A stretch of 64,000 bases of DNA from Eledone cirrhosa (lineage: Eukaryota). Numbering within the stretch: the stretch's first letter is position 1; every line of letters begins with the position of its first letter. The notes beneath the pieces are model-generated. The model worked only from the letters and a program-made list of their open reading frames with translations. It ran no database searches and was not told the origin of the DNA. Positions 14,600-28,782 of this stretch are shown here, piece by piece. The stretch is taken from contig OZ024742.1 of the NCBI GenBank assembly GCA_964016885.1, positions 366,606,001-366,670,000 on the forward strand, read 5' to 3'. The position numbers and the translations under genes are program-made.

Positions 14600-15168
14600 A
14601 TCACAACAGTACCCCCAGCGCCACCAGTTCACCAACAACAGTAACCCCCCTAGCGACAACAGTACCCCCCACCGCCACCAGTTCACTAACACCAGTCGCC
14701 CCCCCCCCCCCCCCCCCCACCGCCACAACAATACCCACCACCACGACAACAGTACCCCCGCCGCCACCAGTTCACTATAACAGTCCCCCCCACCCACCGC
14801 CACAACAATACCCCCCACCACCACAACAGTACCCCCACCGCCACCAGTTCACCAACAACAATACCCCCCCAACCGCCACAACAGTAACCCCACCGCCACC
14901 AGTTCACTAACAACAGTAACCCCACCGCCACCAGTTCACCAACAACAGTACACCCCCCCCCCCCAACCGCCACAACAGTAACCCCACCGCCACCAGTTCA
15001 CTAACAACAGTACCCCCACCGCCACCAGTTCACCAACAACAGTACCCCCCCCCCAACTGCCACAACAGTAACCCCACCGCCACCAGTTCACTAACAACAG
15101 TAACCCCACCGCCACCAGTTCACTAACAACAGTACCCCCCACACTAAACAACAGAACCAGTTCACTAT
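14600..15168. repeat. Irregular C-rich minisatellite (CAGTACCCCCACCGCCACCAGTTCACTAACAA-like)
   Basis: Direct inspection. Confidence 0.85.
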
Positions 15169-15280
15169 CACGAAACTCCATTAGACGGCTACAACATATC
15201 AACAGGTTAGAAAATCGATATTGCAAATAGTTGTCGGCGAAGAATTTCCACTGTACATATTAAACTCGCTGTGTAAGTAG

Positions 15281-18200
15281 TTATGATGATGTGTAAGTGG
15301 TGTGCTTGGTGTGTAAGTGGTGTGCTTGGTGTGTAAGGGGTGAGCTTGGTGTATAAGAAGTTATGGTGGTGTGTAAGGGGTTATGGTGGTGTGTAAGAGG
15401 TTATGGTGGTGTGTAAGGGATTATGGTTGTGTGTAAGAGGTTATGGTGGTGTGTAAGGGATTATGGTGGTGTGTAAGAGGTTATGGTGGTGTGTAAGAGG
15501 TTATAGTGGAGTGTAAGGGGTTATGGTGGTGTGTAAGAGGTTATGGTGGTGTGTAAGAGGTTATAGTGGTGTGTAAGGGGTTATGGTGGTGTGTAAGTGG
15601 TGAGCTTGGTGTGTAAGGGGTTATGGTGGTGTGTAAGGGGTTATGGTGGTGTGTAAGGGGTTATGGTGGTGTGTAAGAGGTCATGGTGGTGTGTAAGGGG
15701 TTATGGTGGTGTGTAAGGGGTTATGGTGGTGTGTAAGGGGTTATGGTGGTGTGTAAGGGGTTATGGTGGTGTGTAAGTGGTTATGGTGGTGTGTAAGGGG
15801 TTATAGTGGCGTGTAAGGTGTTATGGTGGTGTGTAAGGGGTTATGGTGGTGTGTAAGGGGTTATGGTGGTGTGTAAGTGGTTATGGTGATGTGTAATGAG
15901 TTATGGTGGTGTTTAAGGGGTTATGGTAGTGTGTAAGGGGTTATGGTGGTGTGTAAGGGGTTATGGTGGTGTGTAAGAGGTTATGGTGGTGTGTAAGGGG
16001 TTATGGTGGTGTGTAAGGGGTTATGGTGGTGTGTAAGAGGTTATGGTGGTGTGTCAGGGGTTATGGTGGTGTGTAAGGGGTTATGGTGGTGTATAAGGGG
16101 TTATGGTGGTGTGTAAGTGGTAATGGTGATGTGTAATGGGTTATGGTGGTCTTTAAGGGGTTATGGTAGTGTGTAAGGGTTTATGGTGGTGTGTAAGTGG
16201 TTATGGTGATGTGTAAGGGGTTATAGTGGCGTGTAAGGTGTTATGGTGGTGTGTAAGTTGTGAGCTTGGTGTGTAAGGGGTTATGGTGGTGTGTAAGGGG
16301 TTATGGTGGTGTGTAAGTGGTTATGGTGATGTGTAAGGGGTTATAGTGGCGAGTAAGGTGTTATGGTGGTGTGTAAGTTGTGAGCTTGGTGTGTAAGGGG
16401 TTATGGTGGTGTGTAAGGGGTTATGGTGGTGTGTAAGTGGTTATGGTGATGTGTAATGGGTTATGGTGGTGTTTAAGGGGTTATGGTAGTGTGTAAGTGG
16501 TTATGGTGATGTGTAATGGGTTATGGTGGTGTTTAAGGGGTTATGGTAGTGTGTAAGTGGTTATGGTGGTGTGTAAGGGGTTATAGTGGCGTGTAAGGTG
16601 TTATGGTGGTGTGTAAGGGGTTATGGTGGTGTGTAAGGGGTTATGGTGGTGTGTAAGTGGTTATGGTGGTGTGTAAGGGGTTATGGTGGTGTGTAAGGGG
16701 TTATGGTGGTGTGTAAGTGGTTATGGTGGTGTGTAAGGGGTTATGGCGGTGTGTAACGGGTTATGGTGGTGTGTAAGGGGTTATAGTGGTGTGTAAGGGG
16801 TTATGGTGGTGTGTAAGGGCTTATGGTGGTGTGTAAGTGGTTATGGTGGTGTGTAAGTGGTTATGGTGGTGTGTAAGGGGTTATGGCGGTGTGTTAGGGG
16901 TTATGGTGGTGTGTAAGTGGTTATGGTGGTGTGTAAGGGGTTATGGCGGTGTGTAAGTTGTGAGCTTGGTGTTTAAGGGGTTATGGTGGAGTGTAAGGGG
17001 TTATGGTGGTGTGTAAGTGGTTATGGTGGTGTGTAAGGGGTTATGGTGGTGTGTAAGGGGTTATGGTGGTGTGTAAGTGGTTATGGTGGTGTGTAAGGAG
17101 TTATGGTGGTGTGTAAGGGGTTATGGTGGTGTGTAAGTGGTTATGGTGATGTGTAATGGGTTATGGTGGTGTTTAAGGGGTTATGGTAGTGTGTAAGGGG
17201 TTATGGTGGTGTGTAAGTGGTTATGGTGATGTGTAAGGGGTTATAGTGGCGAGTAAGGTGTTATGATGGTGTGTAAGGGGTTATGGTGGTGTGTAAGGGG
17301 TTATGGTGGTGTGTAAGTGGTTATGGTGGTGTGTAAGTTGTTATGGTGGTGTGTAAGGGGTTATGGTGGTGTGTAAGGGGTTATGGTGGTGTGTAAGGTG
17401 TTATGGTAGTGTGTAAGGGGTTATGGTGGTGTGTAAGGGGTTATAGTGGTGTGTAAGGGCTTATGGTGGTGTGTAAGGGGTTATGGTGGTGTGTAAGGGG
17501 TTATGGTGGTGTGTAAGGGGTTATGGTGGTGCGTAAGGGCTTATGGTGGTGTGTAAGTGGTTATGGTGGTGTGTAAGTGGTTATGGTTGTGTGTAAGGGG
17601 TTATGGTGGTGTGTAAGGGGTTATGGTGGTGTGTAAGTGGTTTTGGTGGTGTGTAAGGGGTTATGGTGGTGTGTAAGGGGTTATGGTGGTGTGTAAGGGC
17701 TTATGGTGGTGTGTAAGTGGTTATGGTCGTGTGTAAGTGGTTATGGTTGTGTGTAAGGGGTTATGGCGGTGTGTAAGGGGTTATGGTGGTGTGTAAGTGG
17801 TTATGGTGGTGTGTAAGTGGTTATGGTGGTGTGTAAGTTGTGAGCTTGGTGTGTAAGGGGTTATGGTGGTGTGTAAGTGGTTATGGTCGTGTGTAAGTGG
17901 TTATGGTTGTGTGTAAGGGGTTATGGCGGTGTGTAAGGGGTTATGGTGGAGTGTAAGGGGTTATGGTGGTGTGTAAGAGGTTATGGTGGTGTGTAAGGGG
18001 TTATGGTGATGTGTAAGGTGTTATGGTGGTGTGTAAGGGGTTATGGTGGTGTGTAAGTGGTTATGGTGGTGTGTAAGGAGTTATGGTGGTGTGTAAGGGG
18101 TTATGGTGGTGTGTAAGGGCTTATGGTGGTGTGTAAGTGGTTATGGTGGTGTGTAAGTGGTTATGGTGGTGTGTAAGGGGTTATGGCGGTGTGTAAGGTG

Positions 18201-21200
18201 TTATGGTGGTGCGTAAGTGGTTATGGTGGTGTGTAAGGGGTTATGGCGGTGTGTAAGTTGTGAGCTTGGTGTGTAAGGGGTTATGGTGGAGTGTAAGGGG
18301 TTATGGTGGTGTGTAAGGGGTTATGGTGGTGTGTAAGGGGTTATGGTGATGTGTAAGTGGTTATGGTGGTGTGTAAGGGGTTATGGTGGTGTGTAAGTGG
18401 TTATGCTGGTGTGTAAGGAGTTATGGTGGTGTGTAAGGGGTTATGGTGGTGTGTAAGTGGTTATGGTGATGTGTAATGGGTTATGGTGGTGTTTACGGGG
18501 TTATGGTAGTGTGTAAGGGGTTATGGTGATGTGTAAGTGGTTATGGTGATGTGTAAGGGGTTATAGTGGCGTGTAAGGTGTTATGGTGGTGTGTAAGGTG
18601 TTATGGTGGTGTGTAAGGGGTTATGGTGGTGTGTAAGTGGTTATGGTGATGTGTAAGGGGTTATAGTGGCGTGTAAGGTGTTATGGTGGTGTGTAAGGGG
18701 TTATGGTAGTGTGTAAGTGGTTATGGTGGTGTGTAAGGGGTTATAGTGGCGTGTAAGGTGTTATGGTGGTGTGTAAGGGGTTATGGTGGTGTGTAAGGGG
18801 TTATGGTGGTGTGTAAGTGGTTATGGTGGTGTGTAAGGGGTTATGGTGGTGTGTAAGGGGTTATGGTGGTGTGTAAGTGGTTATGGTGGTGTGTAAGGGG
18901 TTATGGCGGTGTGTAACGGGTTATGCTGGTGTGTAAGGGGTTATAGTGGTGTGTAAGGGGTTATGGTGGTGTGTAAGGGCTTATGGTGGTGTGTAAGTGG
19001 TTATGGTGGTGTGTAAGTGGTTATGGTGGTGTGTAAGGGGTTATGGCGGTGTGTAAGGGGTTATGGTGGTGTGTAAGTGGTTATGGTGGTGTGTAAGGGG
19101 TTATGGCGGTGTGTAAGTTGTGAGCTTGGTGTGTAAGGGGTTATGGTGGAGTGTAAGGGGTTATGGTGGTGTGTAAGTGGTTATGGTGGTGTGTAAGGGG
19201 TTATGGTGGTGTGTAAGGGGTTATGGTGGTGTGTAAGTGGTTATGGTGGTGTGTAAGGAGTTATGGTGGTGTGTAAGGGGTTATGGTGGTGTGTAAGTGG
19301 TTATGGTGATGTGTAATGGGTTATGGTGGTGTTTAAGGGGTTATGGTAGTGTGTAAGGGGTTATGGTGGTGTGTAAGTGGTTATGGTGATGTGTAAGGGG
19401 TTATAGTGGCGAGTAAGGTGTTATGATGGTGTGTAAGGGGTTATGGTGGTGTGTAAGGGGTTATGGTGGTGTGTAAGTGGTTATGGTGGTGTGTAAGTTG
19501 TTATGGTGGTGTGTAAGGGGTTATGGTGGTGTGTAAGGGGTTATGGTGGTGTGTAAGGTGTTATGGTAGTGTGTAAGGGGTTATGGTGGTGTGTAAGGGG
19601 TTATAGTGGTGTGTAAGTGGTTATGGTGGTGTGTAAGGGGTTATGGTGGTGTGTAAGGGGTTATGGTGGTGTGTAAGGGGTTATGGTGGTGCGTAAGGGC
19701 CTATGGTGGTGTGTAAGTGGTTATGGTGGTGTGTAAGTGGTTATGGTTGTGTGTAAGGGGTTATGGTGGTGTGTAAGGGGTTATGGTGGTGTGTAAGAGG
19801 TTATGGTGGTGTGTAAGGGGTTATTGTGGTGTGTAAGGGGTTATGGTGGTGTGTAAGGGGTTATGGTGGTGTGTAAGTGGTTATGGTGGTGTGTAAGGGG
19901 TTATGGTGGTGTGTAAGGGGTTATGGTGGTGTGTAAGGGCTTATGGTGGTGTGTAAGTGGTTATGGTCGTGTGTAAGTGGTTATGGTTGTGTGTAAGGGG
20001 TTATGGCGGTGTGTAAGGGGTTATGGTGGTGTGTAAGTGGTTATGGTGGTGTGTAAGTGGTTATGGTGGTGTGTAAGTTGTGAGCTTGGTGTGTAAGGGG
20101 TTATGGTGGTGTGTAAGTGGTTATGGTCGTGTGTAAGTGGTTATGGTTGTGTGTAAGGGGTTATGGCGGTGTGTAAGGGGTTATGGTGGAGTGTAAGGGG
20201 TTATGGTGGTGTGTAAGAGGTTATGGTGGTGTGTAAGGGGTTATGGTGATGTGTAAGGTGTTATGGTGGTGTGTAAGGGGTTATGGTGGTGTGTAAGTGG
20301 TTATGGTGGTGTGTAAGGAGTTATGGTGGTGTGTAAGGGGTTATGGTGGTGTGTAAGGGCTTATGGTGGTGTGTAAGTGGTTATGGTGGTGTGTAAGTGG
20401 TTATGGTGGTGTGTAAGGGGTTATGGCGGTGTGTAAGGTGTTATGGTGGTGCGTAAGTGGTTATGGTGGTGTGTAAGGGGTTATGGCGGTGTGTAAGTTG
20501 TGAGCTTGGTGTGTAAGGGGTTATGATGGAGTGTAAGGGGTTATGGTGGTGTGTAAGGGGTTATGGTGGTGTGTAAGGGGTTATGGTGATGTGTAAGTGG
20601 TTATGGTGGTGTGTAAGGGGTTATGGTGGTGTGTAAGTGGTTATGCTGGTGTGTAAGGAGTTATGGTGGTGTGTAAGGGGTTATGGTGGTGTGTAAGTGG
20701 TTATGGTGATGTGTAATGGGTTATGGTGGTGTTTACGGGGTTATGGTAGTGTGTAAGGGGTTATGGTGATGTGTAAGTGGTTATGGTGATGTGTAAGGGG
20801 TTATAGTGGCGTGTAAGGTGTTATGGTGGTGTGTAAGGTGTTATGGTGGTGTGTAAGGGGTTATGGTGGTGTGTAAGTGGTTATGGTGATGTGTAAGGGG
20901 TTATAGTGGCGTGTAAGGTGTTATGGTGGTGTGTAAGGGGTTATGGTGGTGTGTAAGTGGTTATGGTGATGTGTAAGGGGTTATAGTGGCGTGTAAGGTG
21001 TTATGGTGGTGTGTAAGGGGTTATGGTGGTGTGTAAGGGGTTATGGTGGTGTGTAAGTGGTTATGGTGGTGTGTAAGGGGTTATGGTGGTGTGTAAGGGG
21101 TTATGGTGGTGTGTAAGGGGTTATGGTGGTGTGTAAGGGCTTATGGTGGTGTGTAAGTGGTTATGGTGGAGTGTAAGTGGTTATGGTGGTGTGTAAGGGG

Positions 21201-22215
21201 TTATGGTGGTGTGTATGTTGTGAGCTTGGTGTGTATGGGGTTATGGTGGAGTGTAAGGGGTTATGGTGGTGTGTAAGGGGTTATGGTGGTGTGTAAGAGG
21301 TTATGGTGATGTGTAAGGGGTTATGGTGGTGTGTAAGGTGTTATGGTGGTGTGTAAGTGGTTATGGTGGTGTGTAAGGGGTTATGGTGGTGTGTAAGGGG
21401 TTATGCTGGTGTGTAAGTGGTTATGGTGATGTGTAATAGGTTATGGTGGTGTTTAAGGGGTTATGGTGGTGTGTAAGGGGTTATGGTGATGTGTAAGGGG
21501 TTATGGTGGTGTGTAAGGGGTTATGGTGGTGTGTAAGTAGTTATGGTGGTGTGTAAGGGGTTATGGTGGTGTGTAAGGGGTTATGCTGGTGTGTAAGTGG
21601 TTATGGTGATGTGTAATGGGTTATGGTGGTGTTTAAGGGGTTATGGTAGTGTGTAAGGGGTTATGGTGGTGTGTAAGTGGTTATGGTGATGTGTAAGGGG
21701 TTATAGTGGCGTGTAAGGTGTTATGGTGGTGTGTAAGGGGTTATGGTGGTGTGTAAGGGGTTATGGTGGTGTGTAAGGGGTTATGGTGATGTGTAAGGGG
21801 TTATGGTGGTGTGTAAGGGGTTATGGTGGTGTGTAAGTGGTTATGGTGGTGTGTAAGGGGTTATGGTGGTGTGTAAGTGGTTATGGTGGTGTGTAAGGGG
21901 TTATGGTTGTGTGTAAGTGGTGAGCTTGGTGTGTAAGGGGTTATGGTGGTGTGTAAGGGGTTATGGTGGTGTGTAAGGGGTTATGGTGGTGTGTAAGAGG
22001 TTATGGTGGTGTGTAAGGCGTTATGGTGGTGTGTAAGTGTTTATGGTATTGTGTAACGGGTTTTGGTGGTGTGTAAGTGTTTATGGTTGTGAGTAAGGGG
22101 TTATGGTGGTGTGTAAGGGGTTATGGTGGTGTGTAAGGGCTTATGGTGGTGTGTAAGTGGTTATGGTGGTGTGTAAGTGGTTATGGTGGTGTGTAAGTGG
22201 TGAGCTTGGTGTGTT
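15281..22215. repeat. 20-bp G-rich satellite TTATGGTGGTGTGTAAGGGG, about 345 copies
   Basis: Unbroken 20-bp register across about 6.9 kb, with substitution variants. Confidence 0.98.
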
Positions 22216-22307
22216 AACAATGATGGTGGTGTGTTAGCCGTAGTCCTCACGTTACAGTGCTTCATACCCTGACACCAATCGCGCCATTTACCCAAGTCTG
22301 GCGACTG

Positions 22308-22388
<81 letters not shown>

Positions 22389-22396
22389 CTATATAT

Positions 22397-22610
22397 TAGA
22401 AAGTGAGGTTTTTTTTACAAGATGAAAAATAACCGAGGTGTCCTACACGAGTGAAAGTATAAAAAAAAAAAGATGAAATCGAAAATGCAACTGGTGTCTT
22501 ATTTATTTATTTTTTTTTTTTTAAATATATATATTTATTTGGTTCCTTTACCGTTTTCGCAGTTCTTCTGCTTTTCAAAAGTAGAGTTGAGATGGAGGGT
22601 CTGTTGTTTT
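22397..22610. repeat. Repeat family B, second copy, embedded in (TA)n
   Basis: Near-identical to 4182-4290 over about 110 bp. Confidence 0.75.
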
Positions 22611-22638
22611 TATATATATACATATATGTATATATATA

Positions 22639-22728
<90 letters not shown>

Positions 22729-22935
22729 GAAAGTATAGCAATTATTGTGAGCGTGAAGCCAACAGTATTTCATAATATATAAGTGACTATAACGTCCAAA
22801 TGGAAAATAACTATCGTAAGATGTGGGAAAATAATTCAAACTTGATTAAAAAAAAAATTAAGACATTGATTTATCCATAGAATTTTGTGAAATACAAGGA
22901 AAAATCAATAGACCCTTAAATCTGAATAAAATAAA

Positions 22936-23244
<309 letters not shown>

Positions 23245-23847
23245 CATTTGTTGTTTTTCCAAATTGAAGGATGAGTATTTAAACTTTATTTTATTCAGAG
23301 TTAAGGCTCTATTGATTTTAATATACATTTATATTAAGGCTAAATAGTAAGTCTTGTTATTCCGGGGTGTCACTTATTTATCACACACACACACACACAC
23401 CGTTGTGTTATCCCACATCACACATGACAGTGCCATGTGGGATGTGGGATAACAGTGCCATGTGGGACAATAGGTTGATTCCTCAACCTGGGTTCCAACC
23501 CTACATTTGTCCCTGTAAATATTTCTCAAAGGTTACACTTCTATTTGATCCTGTGACATTTCTACATGCTGAATATTTATATCATTAAATCTTAGAAATA
23601 TATTATTGAAATATCATCTAGTGTTTCATAATTTACATGTTCCAGTAATCAACATAAACTATAGGGTTTCTCTTATATAAACCATGAATTAATGAAAACA
23701 TAAATTACCCAGTTTGTTCATATATCCAGTGATGTTGCTATATGTTGCAAACCAATCCAGGATGCCAAAAAATTTAAATACAATGTTTTGACTACCATTT
23801 TTGACTTCCCGGATGCACTTTCGTGTGTGTGTGCGTACATATATATA

Positions 23848-23893
<46 letters not shown>

Positions 23894-23909
23894 TGTATAT
23901 ATATCTCTC

Positions 23910-24327
<418 letters not shown>

Positions 24328-24371
24328 TATACTCCAGTTGTACCAAATGTTGAGTGCTACTTATCTGATAT

Positions 24372-25067
24372 ATGCATAGTTTTATCATTCTACAATATTA
24401 CTCACCAATTGCAAAATTATTCTTTAACGCTTTGGACACCTCTTTCACTACTCAACATAAATACCATTCCATTTTTAATAGACATACCATTAAATTCTCG
24501 TATTCTACAACTATGAACATGGCCCAAAACATTGCCAAATTAAACACTAAAATCCTAAAACAAGACCAGCATAATGATCTTAATAATAGAGTTAACATAA
24601 ATGATACTAAACTAAAATGTAATTGGAGAAATAAAACTGATTGCCCTTTGCAAAATAATTGTCTAGATAGTAATTTGGTTTATAAATGCACCGTAAAAAC
24701 TGATCACAACACATACAACTACATAGGATCGACTTCTACATTTAAAGCCAGATTTGCGAACCATAAATGCTCATTCTCGAACTCCAAGAGGAAATCATCC
24801 ACCCCTTTATCACAGCTCATATGGTCACTAAAAGAGAGGAATTTAAAATACTCCATTCTTTGGACAAAACTTTGGAACTGTGGAGTTTACGGCAACTCTA
24901 GTATATCAAATAACTGCGCTCTCTGTACAATGGAGACCCTGTTGGTTATTAATACCTATGAGACCCTAATTAAGAAAAAAAGTGAATTATTCTCTAGTTG
25001 CCTCCATAAAGCTACGTCCACATTCTTAGCCTCCCACAAAACGAGAAAAAAGAGAGAGAAACACTAA
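24372..25067 (+). pseudogene. Penelope-like GIY-YIG endonuclease C-terminal fragment
   Basis: IFNRHTIKFSYS, CN(W)R...CPL...CL, LVYKC...NYIGST, FKARFANH, LSQLIWSLK, CALC..E and ELFSSCLH. Confidence 0.8.
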
Positions 25068-25100
25068 ACCTTTAAAAATTTGGTTGTCAGACGTATATAA

Positions 25101-27293
25101 CACTGGTCTGCGATGTTTTCAAGGTCTAACATATAATACATGATTTTAGGCCAGTTTTTTGCACTGAATCCAAAAATCATGCTCATTTTACTTAATCAGA
25201 TAAGGTTAATGAAATATTAGCACATTAAAAATATCCTAAATTCCGATCTATTTGTAGGTGGATAAAACGCAATATTGAAAATATTAGACTGATTTATTCA
25301 CAGAAGGCTTACAAAATATTTTGAATAGATAGCAAGAAGAGTATAATGAACTAAGGAAGCTACTCATGGATGAATGGTCTCTTCAGGGACTTCCGTTTGT
25401 GCTGAGCAGACTGCGCATCCCTCTTTAGGCATCAGCAGTAGTCGGCCAGAAAGTTGACATCCCATCGGCCTTGATATAACACTGATATCTTGGTGAAAGC
25501 GCTCACCATGTTCTTCACTGAAGTCTCCACAATTCTCTGGAAAATAGTCCAGATGAGACCGGAGGAAATGCATTTTCAGTGACACGCGTGCACCAAGTTG
25601 GCGGAAATTCTCCATTAACTCATCAACCACCTTCTGATACTGGGAACTTCTGTGGTTGCCAAGGAAGTTTGCAATGACTGACTTAAGGGACAACCAGGCA
25701 GAGAGTTCAGAAGGATTCAGTGCATCATCAAAACTAGTATCCTTGATGAGTTCCCTTATTTGAGGACCATCAAATATACCTGCCTTAATTTTCACCATGC
25801 TTTTTCGTTGAAACTTCTGATGGAGGTAAGCAAATCCTCCACCTTCCCTGTCCAATGCCTTTACAAAGTTCTTCATGAGACCGAGTTTGATGTGAAGGGT
25901 TGGAAGCAATATCTTGCTCGGTTCAACCAGAGGGTGGGACAAAACGTTGTGTGATCCAGGTTTTAATCCTTGTCTTAATGGCCACTCTTGTCTGACATAA
26001 TGCTGGTCATCAGCACGGCTATCCCATAAGCACAGAAAGCATGGATACTTTGTGTAACCACCTTGAAGTCCTAGGATGAGTCCAACAACTTTAAGATCTC
26101 CACAGATCATTTATGTTTCTGGTAGTTAAGAGCAGACAACAGACGTTCCATGCTTTTGTGGGATTCTTTCATTTCAACTGAGTGCCCAACAGGGATCGAT
26201 GAAAACTTGTTTCCGATAGTCAGAAGAACTGCTTTGAGACTTCTGTTAGATGAGTCAATGAAAAGTCTCCATTCCATAGCATCATACTTCAGACCAAGTA
26301 ATTCAATCAGGTCAGCAATATTGCTACAGTAGACCAGTGAAGATGCTTCATCAAACATGAAGAATTTTCTAAATTCTCTCTCGCGGTCCCGATACCAATA
26401 GAATGTTGTTCCTGGCGCCAGTAGACGTTTCTCTCGAAGACGAGAACCCAGTAGCTGGGCAGACTCCTTCTAAAGGTTCAGATCTCGTGTCAGGTGATTG
26501 AGTTTGGTTTGGGTCAAATGCACCGGTTGGTCGTCCTCTTCTGACCTGTATTCATCACACTGTATCAATCATGTCACTAGATTCGGAATCAGAACTAGAT
26601 TCCATGGTGACATTTGGCTCAGGAACAGGAAGATCGGGGCCATGGGGGACTGGCTTTATGGCAGAAGGAACATCAGGGTATTGAACATGGTGCTTGTTCT
26701 TGCGATTGATGCCTTTTAGATTTGTCATGCAAAAGTAGCAGTCGGTATGATCTTTCCCTTCCCTCCACATGATCTTTCCCTTCCCTCCACACCATTGGGA
26801 CACCAAATGGCATACTCTTCCTTTTCTTGTTCCTCCAATCCCGTAAGTTCTCTACACATGTTTTTGCAGCAGATATGGGGAGCGAATAGCTTATCCTAGT
26901 CCCCTAGTTTGACTCCAAAGTAAGCGTGATATGCCTTCTTCACAAAATCCGTGATTTTTGCTTGACGGTCTGGAAGAACCACGTGTCCGCAGATGTAACA
27001 GAACCTATTAGGATGGTTTTTACACTTCCGATCCATTTTTCTAGACCTGAAAAGAGAAATAAAAATAATTATTAAAGGTTACCCACGACCCGGTTTTGCA
27101 AAAGCAAAGCCCATAAACGCTTGGATTGCGATATTTTAGAAAAATATGCTGGAAAAGAAATAGACTATATCTTAGAAACCAGACCTGACCCAGAAAAATA
27201 AACTGTATTTTTGAATTCAGCATGCAAAACGGGTCCTAAATCATTTGGAAAACCATTGACCTTTTTAAAAAAGTTTTGAAACGCAGACCAGTG
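25101..27293 (-). mobile_element. Chapaev3-type (CMC superfamily) DNA transposon, full length but defective
   Basis: 12-bp TIR CACTGGTCTGCG (25101-25112 / 27282-27293), 3-bp TSD TAA on both sides, transposase on the minus strand. Confidence 0.9.
25364..27036 (-). pseudogene. Chapaev3-like transposase with stops and frameshifts
   Basis: Begins MDRKCKNHPNRFCYICG; contains HTDCYFC, WRLFIDSS, ICGDLKV, GYTKYPCFLCLWDSRA, LHIKLGLMKNFVKAL, SLKMHFL and EEHGERFHQDI, split across several ORFs. Confidence 0.9.
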
Positions 27294-28689
27294 TAATCAA
27301 CAGGGAAAACATTAATGACCTTTAATATTGCATTATCTTACAACTATCTATAGAAGAACTAACGCTCGAATGAAAGACACTTATTCAATAACATGCCGGA
27401 ACATTGATACACATAACATTATTCTGTTAACTTTGATCCATACCATTATTTCTTTATTTCTCTATCTTTATCTTCCTATCTAAGTTTTAAATTTGAGTTT
27501 AATATCCAACCCATACATTTTTACGGAACTTATTTCTAACTGTGAATCTTTCATGCGTTTTTGTTCTCTTATTTATAATATGTATGTAATTATATTTTCT
27601 ATGTTTTTAAATATACCTACTGCATTTTTATATCCATGATTCAAATATAGAGCAAATATACAAACTATAAATTATTATAGACCTTATTTTGATCTCTGAG
27701 TTATCCATGCATTTATTATTGTTTTTCTTATATATATATGTATTTAACTGTAACACGTAGAACTTTATTATATAAAATTATAACCGTTATCATTTATCTA
27801 AAGTATTCTGTATCACTAATACCTAATATATATCCATATATAACTCCCAAGTATCTTTCTATACATAATTTTCAGTTAACTTCTAAATTTATTGATTATT
27901 ATTTATTTTGAACTAAGAATAATTAATGCATTTACACCCTGTTATATATAGGTATATATTTAACTGTAACATGACTCAATCTATTATTTTATTTTTATTT
28001 TCGTTATCATGTACCTAAAATATACTGGCTCATTAAAATATATCTATATACATAAACGTTATTTAAATATTTCTAACAATAAGTTCTTCATAAGCTTTAC
28101 ATACCTAATATGTTGACAATGTTTATCTTCGTTAAAGTTTACATTTAGGAAAATATTCAACAGTGTAAACTTTCCTTTCAGCTGGCCAGCTAAATCCTTT
28201 AAATGTTATCCTCATAAAATTCAGAAGTTTAAAAATGTTAACACAATTATTGAATTTACAAAACTAATATATCAATAACCAGCAATTTAAAAAAACCCCT
28301 AAAATCTTGATTCTTCACCCTAAAATAGCTTAAATTAAATATTTTCAAACTTAACCGTTTAACTTTCGGAAAAAATCTCCTTATGCATATATTACCCCCC
28401 CCCCCCCTTATCTTTCTTTCTCTATAAATCCTAATCCAGTGGCCCTCATTGACTGTTATAATTCATGAGATGCTTTCCTAGATAAACATAACTTGTAGTA
28501 TCCTACATTTTAAAATCTATATAGCTGTCACATTAAGCAACGTTTTTCTTACACATTCTCTATTGAATTTATTACGTTTTCGCATTTTCTCATTATTAGG
28601 GTATAAATGTTAAATTTTCTCTTAGGTTAATCACTACCTTGATTAAATCTTAACCATTTAACATCTCAGGGTATGTCATGAATCATTAT

Positions 28690-28742
28690 ATTTTGTCTGA
28701 TGAGGACGTACTGTTGTACATCCGTAATATGTATAATAAAAT
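28690..28742 (+). ncRNA. Degenerate hammerhead motif at the Penelope-like 3' end
   Basis: TTTTGT-CTGATGA-GGACGTAC-tgtt-GTACATCC-GTAA (GAAA mutated)-TATGTATA-ATAAAA. Confidence 0.6.
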
Positions 28743-28782
28743 GTAATTGATCAAAAGAACATCTATTTTATTAATATTTATA

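Noticed and set aside
8762-22215. CRISPR-like regular repeats
   Set aside because: Head-to-tail units without unique spacers, no cas genes, and a eukaryotic context.
15281-22215. Interstitial telomere
   Set aside because: The unit is a 20-mer, not (TTAGGG)n; only a stray ttaggg occurs.
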